In this document: one piece after another, positions 36,039 through 44,918 of the stretch | Layout: each line of letters opens with the position of its first letter | Position numbering within the stretch: position 1 is the first letter of the stretch | Source of the DNA: a virus | Lineage: Duplodnaviria > Caudoviricetes | Virus record (IMG/VR): IMGVR_UViG_2513237100_000001 | Coordinates: 1-64,000 of that record | Strand: one strand, 5' to 3' | DNA length: 64,000 nucleotides | Notes under the pieces: model-generated | The model's input: the letters and a program-made list of their open reading frames with translations, nothing else | The model's database searches: none | What the model was told of the DNA's origin: nothing | Position numbers and translations under genes: made by a program

Positions 36039-36353
36039 ATGACAGGCACCGCAGAACCCACCGGCCGCTGCTACTGCGGCTGCGGCAAACTCGTCGGCTA
36101 CGGCCGGTACTTCGCCGCCGGCCACGACAAGACCGCCGAAGCCGCCTTCCTCGCCCTCCACCACAACGGCACCGTCGCCCAGATGCTCCACGACCACGGC
36201 TATCGGGCCGTCGCCGACCGGGACGACGCCAAGTCCGTCACGAAGGCGGCCGTCGACCAGAAGTTGTGGCAGGAGTGCCCGAAGGGGTGCGGCTACCGAG
36301 GCGCCCGCGAAAGCATCAACAACCACGTCAACCGACACCACAAGGAGAACTGA
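36039..36353 (+). CDS. Zn-finger hypothetical protein, first gene of the cassette array
   Basis: CYCGCG..FAAGHD; CPKGC..H...H. Confidence 0.8.
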   Translation: MTGTAEPTGRCYCGCGKLVGYGRYFAAGHDKTAEAAFLALHHNGTVAQMLHDHGYRAVADRDDAKSVTKAAVDQKLWQECPKGCGYRGARESINNHVNRHHKEN

Positions 36354-36355
36354 CC

Positions 36356-36616
36356 ATGGCGCAGGTAACCGCCCGCGACGCCCTGACCTACTCGCTCAAG
36401 CGAGAGCAGGCCCAGTTCGCGGAGGAGGCCGAGCGGCTGGCCAAGCAGGCCGCGTACATCGCCGCGAACCCGGCCGCCACTGGTCGGACGATCTCCGGCG
36501 ACATCGCCCGCCTGCTTCAGGAGGCCACCTTCCTCCTGAAGCGCGCCGCCACCATCGAAGCCGGACTCGAAGCTGTCGAGCTCATGGGTGCCGAAGCCAT
36601 CACCACCGAGCAGTGA
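36356..36616 (+). CDS. Hypothetical helical protein (cassette)
   Basis: AAGGAG RBS; ends TTEQ*. Confidence 0.75.
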   Translation: MAQVTARDALTYSLKREQAQFAEEAERLAKQAAYIAANPAATGRTISGDIARLLQEATFLLKRAATIEAGLEAVELMGAEAITTEQ

Positions 36617-36627
36617 GGACGACGACC

Positions 36628-36798
36628 ATGGCGCTGTGCCGCGACTGCTCCCGCGTCATCCCGTGCCACTGCCACGTCGCACCAGCCGTACAGATCCGGC
36701 CCGGTGTGTACGAGGCGGGGACTCGACCGAGTGCACCACTGACCATCGAAGAACGGCGGCGCCTCGTCGGGGGCCCGTCACCCACCACCAAGCAGTAA
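36628..36798 (+). CDS. Small Cys-containing protein (cassette)
   Basis: Starts and stops inside junction repeats. Confidence 0.65.
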   Translation: MALCRDCSRVIPCHCHVAPAVQIRPGVYEAGTRPSAPLTIEERRRLVGGPSPTTKQ

Positions 36799-36809
36799 GG
36801 ACTACGACT

Positions 36810-37007
36810 ATGAGTAACACCGTCACCCGGATCACGAATCGGCTGCACGAGGAAGCGCTGATCGAAAACGAGGAGCGCGACTGGTACCGAACGGGCCGAA
36901 TCCCGTGCAGCGACTGCGGCACGATGGTCCGCACCAAGACCCTGGAAACCCTGCCGCCGCACGGCTGCACCGACCGCCAGCGTGCCCGACACGCCACCGA
37001 GCAGTGA
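36810..37007 (+). CDS. Small Zn-finger protein (cassette)
   Basis: CSDC..HGC; bounded by repeats. Confidence 0.7.
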   Translation: MSNTVTRITNRLHEEALIENEERDWYRTGRIPCSDCGTMVRTKTLETLPPHGCTDRQRARHATEQ

Positions 37008-37018
37008 GGACCACGACC

Positions 37019-37408
37019 ATGGAGGAAACCTTCCAGCACCACTGGGGACAGGTCTACGAATCCTGCAACCCCGACGAGAAGAAGCACCTGATCATCGAAT
37101 CCATCGACCGGGCCGCAGGAACCGCCAAGGTCAGCTTCCCCGGCGGACGCGGAGGCCGCGACCGAAACAGGCGACGGCGCACCATCAAGCTGTCCTCGCT
37201 CCATTCCACCGGAACAACCCGAACCGGAGCTCAGCGACGCAGCGGATATCGCCTCATGGCCGGTCCCCCGAAGAGCGGTGAGGACATGTGCGAGATGTGC
37301 TACCACTACTTCAACCGGCCTGACCTGGAATCCGGTTGCTGCCAGCCGTGTACACAGTGGCTGACGGAAACCTTCCCGCGCCCCTCCGTAAGGACCACCC
37401 ATGCGTAA
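37019..37408 (+). CDS. DUF6354-like protein (cassette)
   Basis: GQVYE..LHSTGTTRTGAQRRSGYRL. Confidence 0.65.
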   Translation: MEETFQHHWGQVYESCNPDEKKHLIIESIDRAAGTAKVSFPGGRGGRDRNRRRRTIKLSSLHSTGTTRTGAQRRSGYRLMAGPPKSGEDMCEMCYHYFNRPDLESGCCQPCTQWLTETFPRPSVRTTHA

Positions 37409-37703
37409 CGTCGTTCCGCAAGACATCGACGACATCAGCGAAGACGACGTGAAGCGGATCGTCGGCTGGATCGGACGGCACGCACTGCCTGCGACGCTGC
37501 CGCACACCATGCCGGAGTACCGCACAGGGCTCGCCCTGGACGCGGCAGTCAACTGGACTGCGGATCACCTGAGGGCCCGGTACCCGTTGTTGTCAGCTCA
37601 AGAGCACCGGAACGTCGTACGCAACGACTGGAACATGCTCGTCAAGGTCGCAAGTGTGTGGAGTGACGAGGACGACTACCCCGGATGGCAGACCATCCGC
37701 TAG
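37401..37703 (+). CDS. Hypothetical protein (cassette)
   Basis: AAGGA RBS; W..DDYPGW C-terminus. Confidence 0.7.
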   Translation: MRNVVPQDIDDISEDDVKRIVGWIGRHALPATLPHTMPEYRTGLALDAAVNWTADHLRARYPLLSAQEHRNVVRNDWNMLVKVASVWSDEDDYPGWQTIR

Positions 37704-37935
37704 TAGCGGACCGCGACCATGACGACGTGCCGGGTATACGGCACGGTCAAAGCGCCGCCTGACCGAAGCCCAACAGGCCATCAACGACGCCAGCGAGCAG
37801 TGAGGACCGCGACCATGAATGTCCGCAGGATCACCAGCGTGCCCATGAGCGGGCCTGCCACCTACGGCCCCGACGCGGGCAGTATCACGCGTTGGACGAT
37901 TTAGGGGCGGGTTGGGCGTGGCAGCTCCGCGAGCA

Positions 37936-37969
37936 TGATCACGTTATTAAAGTCGCAAAACTATAGGAC
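37936..37969 (-). repeat. Right copy of the 34-bp inverted repeat
   Basis: TGATCACGTTATTAAAGTCGCAAAACTATAGGAC. Confidence 0.95.
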
Positions 37970-38009
37970 AACGAGGGGCGAGCCCGAGAAACCCCGGACC
38001 ACCCCACCC

Positions 38010-38390
38010 TCACACTCCAGTTCGGTTGTACTCATCCACCAACGGATGCGGATCCGGCGGCGGGCCAACCGGGCTCCGTGCCCACCGGTACAGGTCGTCC
38101 ATCGACCAGGAGAACGCCTGCAAAATCCGTTCCATGCGGGTCTGCTTCACCCGGATCTGCTCGTTCTCCGACCGCAGGAGACCGTTCTCCTTGTCCACCC
38201 GCTCAACCGTCGCCTGCAACACCGCCAGATCGGCCGTACGAAGAGCGGGAGCGGCCTGCGCGGCAGCCGCCGCCGTGTTCGCCGCCGCAGTCGCCTGAGC
38301 AGCCCGCGTCGTCGCACGGGCCGTGAACACCCCCGCTACAACCATGCCAACCGTCCCCAGGACAGCCACCAGCCCAGACCAAATGCTCAT
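38010..38390 (-). CDS. Lysis-cassette membrane protein (TM plus coiled coil)
   Basis: N-terminal TM; position after the holin. Confidence 0.75.
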   Translation of the reverse strand: MSIWSGLVAVLGTVGMVVAGVFTARATTRAAQATAAANTAAAAAQAAPALRTADLAVLQATVERVDKENGLLRSENEQIRVKQTRMERILQAFSWSMDDLYRWARSPVGPPPDPHPLVDEYNRTGV

Positions 38391-38854
38391 GCTGCGTTGC
38401 CTTTCCCAGGGCGGCAAGGCACTGGGGGAACCGAATACTCGGGAACCGTGGCCGCCCACATGATGACCCCGACATGCGAGGTGAGGTACCAGAGCGCAAC
38501 AAACGCGCCCCGCGAATACTCGCCGCTGACGGCAGCAGCAAGATAGGCGACAGCCCACACCGTGGGGGGCAGGAGTGCCGCCACGTAACCGGCCCAGTCA
38601 CGACCGATACGAAGAAACGCGGAACTGACCGTGACCAGCCCCACCACAATCCACAACCACGCCCAGTGCCGCAGCGAACACATAGACGTGAGAAGTCGCA
38701 GACCATGCGCGTCCGGAGGAGCAACGAGGAAGCTGATCCCCCAGCACGTTTTGCCGGCGCCGATGATGAGAAGGAAGACGCCGCGGCGGCCCACACGCTC
38801 ACCCAGACGCCGCAGAGTGTGGCGTAGCGCTCGCAGAGGGGCCGCCGAACCCAT
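38387..38854 (-). CDS. 4-TM lysis-cassette membrane protein
   Basis: GRRG.FLL then four hydrophobic helices. Confidence 0.75.
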   Translation of the reverse strand: MGSAAPLRALRHTLRRLGERVGRRGVFLLIIGAGKTCWGISFLVAPPDAHGLRLLTSMCSLRHWAWLWIVVGLVTVSSAFLRIGRDWAGYVAALLPPTVWAVAYLAAAVSGEYSRGAFVALWYLTSHVGVIMWAATVPEYSVPPVPCRPGKGNAA

Positions 38855-39111
38855 CAGACGCCCTTGGCGAGGCTGGCCGAGTTGGTGACGTCCCGCCACC
38901 GGGCGACAAGCCCCTTCAGCAGGGATGTGGCTGCGGCGACACCGGCAACACCGGCGGCCTGCCACATGCCAATGTCGAACGGCTGGGTGAGAACGAGACC
39001 ACCGACGAACGCCTGGAGGCCGGTGGAGACCACCCGCTCGGCCAGGTCGCGGGCGTAGGTCTTGGCTCCCTTGATGACGGTCTGCGTCTGGGGCAGCAGG
39101 GGGTCGGTCAT
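38854..39111 (-). CDS. Holin (r1t-like)
   Basis: DLAERVVST..QAF; two TMs; directly after the endolysin. Confidence 0.85.
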   Translation of the reverse strand: MTDPLLPQTQTVIKGAKTYARDLAERVVSTGLQAFVGGLVLTQPFDIGMWQAAGVAGVAAATSLLKGLVARWRDVTNSASLAKGV

Positions 39112-39112
39112 G

Positions 39113-40081
39113 TCAGTGCTCCGTTTCCAGGCGTACGGTGACGCCCTTGATGGCGGTCTCGATGCGGGTGATCAGGGCGTCCACGTCCACCGTGGCGTCG
39201 CGGGCGGCCAAGGCTTCGGCGAGGGTGCGGACCGTCGCGGTCACCGCGGCGATCTCGGTCTGGGCCTGCCGGACCCGCACGTGAATGTCGCGGATGTACG
39301 AGTCGGGCGTCCAATGGGTGTTGCCCGGCGCGGCCGTCAACGGCGACTTGAGGATGCCGTCGGTGGTCCAGATCTTCTTGACGTCGTCGGCGGTCAGGGC
39401 CACAGCGACCTCCTTGGTGGGCGTAGTGGGCGTAGTGGGTGCGGGTGCGCCGCCGGGATTCCAGCTGGCGGGGTGCTTGAGCCGCTCGGCGACATCAGCC
39501 CGCAAGCCGGCCATGGCGAACCCGCGGGGGTCGATCTTGTCGCTCGACCACTCCAGGTGACCGATCACGGACTTCGCGGTCCAGCCGTGGGCCCGGCACA
39601 GGGCGGCCTGGACGCGGACGATCGCGTCGTACTGGGCGGCGGGCCAGGGGTCCTTGCCGTCACCGAGGTTCTCGCACTCCCACCCGTAGAACCGGGCGTT
39701 CCCGTCGACCCCGTTGCTGTTGCCCTTGGTGGGCGGCGTGGGTCGGGTGCTGTACGACTCGGCGATCACCTGGTCCAGGACCTTCGGGTCGCCGCCGCCG
39801 GCGTGGTTGGTTCGGCCCCAGCCGACGAGGTGCACCTGACCGTCCTTCGCGATCATGCCGTGGCACAGGGGGCCCGGTAGTCCGGAGTACCCGTCACGGA
39901 CCATGGCGACGGTGGATGCGGTGCCCTTGGTGACGGTGTGGTGGACGATGCTGCCGTTCAGCGGGCCCCAAGCCCCGTGACCGGCCCGGTTGCGGGTGCG
40001 CCAGTTGCCGACCTCGACAACGGTCACGCCCTCGTCGAGCAGCGCCTTGAGGACCGCGGCGGCGGACAGTGGTGTGGCCAT
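39113..40081 (-). CDS. Endolysin, N-acetylmuramoyl-L-alanine amidase (Amidase_2)
   Basis: IVHHT..NHAG..GWECEN..IGHLEW..KIDP. Confidence 0.93.
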   Translation of the reverse strand: MATPLSAAAVLKALLDEGVTVVEVGNWRTRNRAGHGAWGPLNGSIVHHTVTKGTASTVAMVRDGYSGLPGPLCHGMIAKDGQVHLVGWGRTNHAGGGDPKVLDQVIAESYSTRPTPPTKGNSNGVDGNARFYGWECENLGDGKDPWPAAQYDAIVRVQAALCRAHGWTAKSVIGHLEWSSDKIDPRGFAMAGLRADVAERLKHPASWNPGGAPAPTTPTTPTKEVAVALTADDVKKIWTTDGILKSPLTAAPGNTHWTPDSYIRDIHVRVRQAQTEIAAVTATVRTLAEALAARDATVDVDALITRIETAIKGVTVRLETEH

Positions 40082-40083
40082 GG

Positions 40084-40482
40084 TCAGCTTCCCTCCTTCG
40101 GGTTGGGCGTCACCCGCGGCACGTGGAGCTGGTCCCACGCCACCTCGTCCGGGATGCCACTGGTGTCACCGCTGCCCTTGGGGCGCAGCGTGTGCTGGAA
40201 CGCGGCGAACGCCCGCTTGTGACCGTTCGTCCAGTCCGGTCCGGGGCTCTGAGCGGTGCCCCAGTGCCCCTCCTGGAACAGGCGGTAGGCCATGGCCTGG
40301 ACGATCGGGCTGTTGCGGCCGCCGTGGAAGAAGCTGGCGCCCGGGTAGGGCTCGTACAGGGAGTGGTCCGGGGCCGGCGGGGTTTCCGGTGTTGCGGGTG
40401 CCGATGGGGTTTCCCCGGTGTCGGGGGCGTTGTGCTTGGTCGGCGGGCCGTCGTCCGGGTCGGGTTTGGTGGTGCGGGTCAT
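40084..40482 (-). CDS. Stand-alone peptidoglycan-binding protein
   Basis: PYPGASFF..AFAAFQ..SGIPD..WDQL. Confidence 0.8.
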   Translation of the reverse strand: MTRTTKPDPDDGPPTKHNAPDTGETPSAPATPETPPAPDHSLYEPYPGASFFHGGRNSPIVQAMAYRLFQEGHWGTAQSPGPDWTNGHKRAFAAFQHTLRPKGSGDTSGIPDEVAWDQLHVPRVTPNPKEGS

Positions 40483-41309
40483 CGGGTGCTCCAGGAGTCG
40501 ATGCGGGGCTGTATGACGTCGATGTCGTCGCGGAGGGTCAGGTAGGTGCGGAGGGTGAGGCGGCCGTCGCCGTGGTCGCCCCAGGCGCTTCCCCAGGACT
40601 GGCGGAAGCGGAGGACGGTGTGGTCGGGGTCGAGGGTGCCGTCGACCAGGGCGACGTCCTCAAGGGCGGTCAGGCAGACTTCGTGGCCGCCCTCAAGGGG
40701 GCTGTCCGCCCAGGCGGGGTCGGCGTCCACGAAGCCGTGCTGGTCGGGGTCGGAGAACGCCGCGTGCCACGGAAGCCCCATGAGCGCGGGCCCGGTCTGG
40801 AGGAGGGTGCAGAGTTCCTCGGCGGTGGTGGCGTGCCCGTACTGGTCGATCAGGCCGCGGTTCCGCATGGCCTTGGCGACGCCGAGACCGGACGAGCCGA
40901 CGTCATGTGTGGGCCAGGCCAGTTCGGACCACCGGTCGCAGGAGGTGGCATCCGCGTACAGGCCGATAGCGAAGTGCTCGGCTGCGACCGCGTCCGTCAG
41001 GTTCAGGGATGCGGCGTGCGCCTGCTCGGGGCTGAGGATGACCGACAGGAGTGCGGTGGCTGCGTTGCCGGTACAGGACGCCAGGGCGTCGACATCGTCG
41101 TCGAGCCCGTATGCCTGTGCTGTGCGAATGCCCTGGGCGAGGAGGTTCCTCTGGTCGAGGACGGGGATGCGGGGTTCCCACGCTGACACCCGGAGCGGTT
41201 GCCCGTCGTACGGGCGCCGGTAGGCAAGGCTCCGCGGGTCGAGGACCATGTGTCGGCCGAGACTGGGGTGGACCTCGTAGGTGTGGATCGTGAGATCGGT
41301 GGTGGGCAC
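40479..41309 (-). CDS. Papain-like (C1) cysteine peptidase
   Basis: LDQ..SCTGNA..GGHEV..RQSWGSAWGDHG. Confidence 0.8.
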   Translation of the reverse strand: MPTTDLTIHTYEVHPSLGRHMVLDPRSLAYRRPYDGQPLRVSAWEPRIPVLDQRNLLAQGIRTAQAYGLDDDVDALASCTGNAATALLSVILSPEQAHAASLNLTDAVAAEHFAIGLYADATSCDRWSELAWPTHDVGSSGLGVAKAMRNRGLIDQYGHATTAEELCTLLQTGPALMGLPWHAAFSDPDQHGFVDADPAWADSPLEGGHEVCLTALEDVALVDGTLDPDHTVLRFRQSWGSAWGDHGDGRLTLRTYLTLRDDIDVIQPRIDSWSTR

Positions 41310-41423
41310 TGCGCCCGTGCTCCTGCACTCCCCGCGCCCAGAGCAGATTGGTTGGCGTGCTGCACCGGCCGGGGCCGGGTGGCAGTCCCTCGGGGGTGGT
41401 GCCGGGCGGAGGGTCGCCCTATG

Positions 41424-41463
41424 GATCAGCGTACGGGTGTGCGACCCGGATGCTGCCCCTGGT
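41424..41463 (-). promoter_or_regulatory. Late-type promoter of the lysis cassette
   Basis: ACCAGGGGCAGCA-N13-CCCGTACGCTGATC, identical boxes at 63292-63331. Confidence 0.75.
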
Positions 41464-41465
41464 GG

Positions 41466-41963
41466 TTAGGGGGTTGGGGTCAGGCGGCGGATGGTGAGGA
41501 GGCAGTACTCCTGGTCCACGCGGACGGTCTCTCCTGCTGCGGGGGTGGTGCGGAATGCGGCGGCTTGGAGGACGACCATCGCGCGGTGTCCTGTCGGCCA
41601 GTCGGTGGGGACTTCCCAAGCGGTGTGTGTGGCTATTGGCATGTGGTGGCGGGTGGGGTCGACGTTGTCAGCAGTCCAGGGCGCGATGCGTGTCCAGGGG
41701 CGTTGGGCTACTGGGACTGCGGGTTGCAGGTCGACGTCGTAGACCCACAGGTGCCAGCCGACGCCAATGTTTTTGCCGGTGTCGTTGGTGACTTGCATAC
41801 GTGCGGTGATGTCCAGGATGTCGCCGGGGTTGGCTGGTACGGGGGCCCGGAGGATGGTGCGCATGGTGGACGAGGTGGCCACGGTGAGGGCGGTGGTGGC
41901 GGGTTCGTCGGTTTGGACGATGCGTTCCGTGGCCAGGGGCCCGGACGTGGTGCTGATCATCAT
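41466..41963 (-). CDS. Hypothetical tail-associated protein
   Basis: AAAGG RBS; follows the tail fibre gene. Confidence 0.7.
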   Translation of the reverse strand: MMISTTSGPLATERIVQTDEPATTALTVATSSTMRTILRAPVPANPGDILDITARMQVTNDTGKNIGVGWHLWVYDVDLQPAVPVAQRPWTRIAPWTADNVDPTRHHMPIATHTAWEVPTDWPTGHRAMVVLQAAAFRTTPAAGETVRVDQEYCLLTIRRLTPTP

Positions 41964-41982
41964 GCGCCTTTCGTGGGTGGGT

Positions 41983-43821
41983 TCATGCTTCGCGGTACCA
42001 GCCTTGGATGGTGATCCGGGCGTCCGCGACGAGGGCGGTGCCGTTGACGATTCCGTCGCGGTTGTTCGCGTTGTCGTTGGACATGGTGATTTGGTCGATG
42101 ACCGCCCCGGTGCCTGTTTCGTAGGTGTAGGCGTGTCCGTTTGCTGCGAGCCCGAAGAGGTAGACGCCGCGCCCGTGGACGGGGAGGACTTGTCGGGTGC
42201 CTCGGTAGATGTTGCTGGGGGTGGTGATGGTGACGGTGGTGGTGCCGGATCCGGCAGCGCTGACGACGACATCGGCGCAGAAGTACACCATTTTGCCGAG
42301 TTTGTAGTACCAGCCGGTTCGGGTGCTGAAGGTGGCTGAGCCGCCACCGGCGACGACGGGGGTGTAGGTGGTGAAGGGGGTGGCGGACACGGTGAGGGTG
42401 CCGCCGATGGCGACACCGGTAGGCGTGATGGTGGTGGTTTGGTCGGCGGTGTTGTTACGGGCTCGCAAGCTGATCTGGCTGCCCGACATGCCGAGGATCG
42501 TTCCAGGTCCGAGGGACCCGTTGCCGCCAGGGGCGTTGGTGCCGTCAGAGCAGGAAAGTGTCAGGGATGACGTTCCGGCGGAGTCCTTGGCCACGTATCC
42601 GTAGGCTGCCGCCTGCCCGGAGGCACTGTTGTACGCGTTCGCATTGGCGTTCAGTTCGAAGCTGCCGCCGCGCACGCCTGGCTGGCTGGACAGGAGGCGC
42701 AGTTCAGAGTTGATGAACTGCCCGTTTGGTCCGATTGATGCGACGGACGGCGAGCAGAGAGAGGCGTAGGGGTACGCCGATGTGTCGTCGGTGACCTGCG
42801 CTGACAGTGAGCCGGGGCCTGTTTGCCCTGCTGCCCCGGAGTAGAGCTCGACGGCGGGAACGGTTGCGGTTGGGTCGGTCGGGTCGGTGGCTTGGGGGTT
42901 GAGAACGACTCGCTGTCCGGATGCTCCTGTTTGCACGATGCCGCCGGTGACAACGGCCCCGTTGACTGATCCGCCGGTGATGGTTTTCCCGGTGATGGCG
43001 TCGGCCTTGAGGGCGGTAGCGTCCACTGCCCCGGCGGCGATTTTCCCGACGGTGATGGCGTTCGCGGCGAGCTTGTCGGTGGTGACGGCGAGTGCGTCGA
43101 GTTTCGCGGTGGTGACGGCCCCGGCGGCGATCTTCGAAGCGTTCACGGCGAGCGCGTCAAGCTGGGCGGTCTGCACCGCACCAGCGATGATCTTCGGTGT
43201 GGTGACGGCGCCGTCCGTGATCTTCGTGGTTCCGATCGCCCCCGTTGCTACCTTCGCGGCGGTGACCGCGTTCTCGGCGAGCTTCACCGTGGTGACGATC
43301 CCGTCGAGGATGTCCGTAGCCACCACGGGTGTGGGCCCGAGCGGGCCAGTCTCGGTGGACGGCATGGACGGCGTCCCGGACGTGCTGCGGGCAACAAAAC
43401 GTACGTACACGGGGGTGTCGGTCGGGATAACAACCGTGGCGCCCTGCGCCGTCTCAATGGTCGAGCACAGGGTCGTAGCGTCCGGGGTGAACCCGCTGCC
43501 GGCGGCGGCGTGGACTTCGGTACGCGACCAGTCCAGCGGAAGCACCTGATCGTCAGTGAACAGGCCGTCCCACGATGCGATGACGCCGCCTAGGACCGAG
43601 CCGATGACTGGCGCGGACGGAGTTGGCGGCGGGGGCCCGTTCACGATGTTCACCGCGGTGGTGCCGTCGCCCTGCTGGCCCACGATGCCACGCAGTGAAC
43701 CAGTGCCGTCACGAACCTCCAGGGCTGCATCATCCAGCGACGCGTACGACAGACGGGACGCGCGCTGGAGATCCTTCACCGCCTTCTCCAACTGGGCGAG
43801 CTTCGCACCGATGTCCGTCAC
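41983..43821 (-). CDS. Tail fibre / minor tail protein
   Basis: Repeated AVTxxKI units, Gly/Thr-rich beta C-terminus. Confidence 0.82.
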   Translation of the reverse strand: MTDIGAKLAQLEKAVKDLQRASRLSYASLDDAALEVRDGTGSLRGIVGQQGDGTTAVNIVNGPPPPTPSAPVIGSVLGGVIASWDGLFTDDQVLPLDWSRTEVHAAAGSGFTPDATTLCSTIETAQGATVVIPTDTPVYVRFVARSTSGTPSMPSTETGPLGPTPVVATDILDGIVTTVKLAENAVTAAKVATGAIGTTKITDGAVTTPKIIAGAVQTAQLDALAVNASKIAAGAVTTAKLDALAVTTDKLAANAITVGKIAAGAVDATALKADAITGKTITGGSVNGAVVTGGIVQTGASGQRVVLNPQATDPTDPTATVPAVELYSGAAGQTGPGSLSAQVTDDTSAYPYASLCSPSVASIGPNGQFINSELRLLSSQPGVRGGSFELNANANAYNSASGQAAAYGYVAKDSAGTSSLTLSCSDGTNAPGGNGSLGPGTILGMSGSQISLRARNNTADQTTTITPTGVAIGGTLTVSATPFTTYTPVVAGGGSATFSTRTGWYYKLGKMVYFCADVVVSAAGSGTTTVTITTPSNIYRGTRQVLPVHGRGVYLFGLAANGHAYTYETGTGAVIDQITMSNDNANNRDGIVNGTALVADARITIQGWYREA

Positions 43822-44918
43822 GACACACCTCCGTACTGGTAGGACGACGACGGGCGGAGACTGATTACGGCCTGCGGGCCTCCGGTCGCCTGCGGCTTGA
43901 TGGTCCAGCCGATGACCCGGCACCACCCCGTGTACGACGTCCACGCGTTATGGACCCGCGTGTACACGTCGTCGCCGACCTGCCACGCCCCGAACGGTGC
44001 CGCCGGGGTGTTCCGGATGGTGATCTCAGCGACCGTCCCAAGGGTTTGCCGCCACGCCCTCTCGGCGGCCGCCCGGATGGCGAGAATGTCAGTGCCGGTG
44101 ATGTCGGGCAGGTCCAGGACGTGCTCCAGGCGGAGTCGGCCGTTGCGGATGGCGCTGATGCTGCGGCGCTTCGCGGACCCGTCACCGCCGCCATTCGCGA
44201 TGACGACCTGGGCGTACTCGTCGGCGGCCAGCTCAGCTTCCGGGGGGTCGATGATGTTCTCCCCCGACGCGAACGACAGGTCAGTGCGGCGGGCCCCCAG
44301 GCGAGGCCACCCGAGACGGATGCGGCGCACCGGGGCTGTCATCGCGGCGTTCCACGCGGTGGTACACGTGTAGTCGGGGGTGGCGTCCCCCGACACCAGG
44401 TCATCCACCACATCCCCAAGGACTGGGAACTCCCACCACAGGGACTTGTGCGGTTCGGCGATCGTGCCGACCGTCGACGTGGACGTCGTCGCGTCGACGA
44501 CCACCCCGAGGTCCCCGTCCGCAACGGACTGGGCGTACGCCCAGATGTCGCGGATGACCTTGCACCGGTCGGTGTTGGTGTACGGGCCGCGGCCCCCGTA
44601 GTTCCCGTCCAGGTCGTGGCGCTTCTGGAGGTACGAGGACCAGCCGGCGGCCTCGATTGTGAAGGTGTTGTCCTGGGAGCGGGCATCCCACACCAGTCCG
44701 CCCCATCGCAGTTGGCCGGCGGACTCCACGTAGATGCAGGTGGTGCCCGGGTTGAGGAGCGTCGGGTTCTGCGCGAGCAGGCGCGGTTCCAGCTTCCCCG
44801 TCAGACTTCCTGGCCCGTTGAGTTCGTCGCCGTACTCCACCTCGGTGAGCGGCAGTGCCGTTGACAGCCACTCACCTGTCAGGGCGTGCTGGGTGAGGAT
44901 CCGGTCCGGGCTGGTCAT
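43818..44918 (-). CDS. Minor tail (tail-tip hub) protein
   Basis: Position in tail module; LNGPGSL..RWGG..GD motifs. Confidence 0.8.
   Translation of the reverse strand: MTSPDRILTQHALTGEWLSTALPLTEVEYGDELNGPGSLTGKLEPRLLAQNPTLLNPGTTCIYVESAGQLRWGGLVWDARSQDNTFTIEAAGWSSYLQKRHDLDGNYGGRGPYTNTDRCKVIRDIWAYAQSVADGDLGVVVDATTSTSTVGTIAEPHKSLWWEFPVLGDVVDDLVSGDATPDYTCTTAWNAAMTAPVRRIRLGWPRLGARRTDLSFASGENIIDPPEAELAADEYAQVVIANGGGDGSAKRRSISAIRNGRLRLEHVLDLPDITGTDILAIRAAAERAWRQTLGTVAEITIRNTPAAPFGAWQVGDDVYTRVHNAWTSYTGWCRVIGWTIKPQATGGPQAVISLRPSSSYQYGGVS

Larger units (their letters stand above)
36604..37817 (+). repeat. 27-nt gene-junction direct repeats CASCRAGCAGTRAGGACBRCGACYATG
   Basis: Full copies at 36604, 36786, 36995, 37791; degenerate copies at about 37386 and 37701. 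Confidence 0.88.

Noticed and set aside
36604-37817. 27-nt repeats as a CRISPR array
   Set aside because: Spacers are about 70-370 bp and protein-coding, repeats contain stop/RBS/start, and no cas genes are visible
42960-43300. Tandem AVTxxKI repeats
   Set aside because: Common tail-fibre repeat; coding, not regulatory
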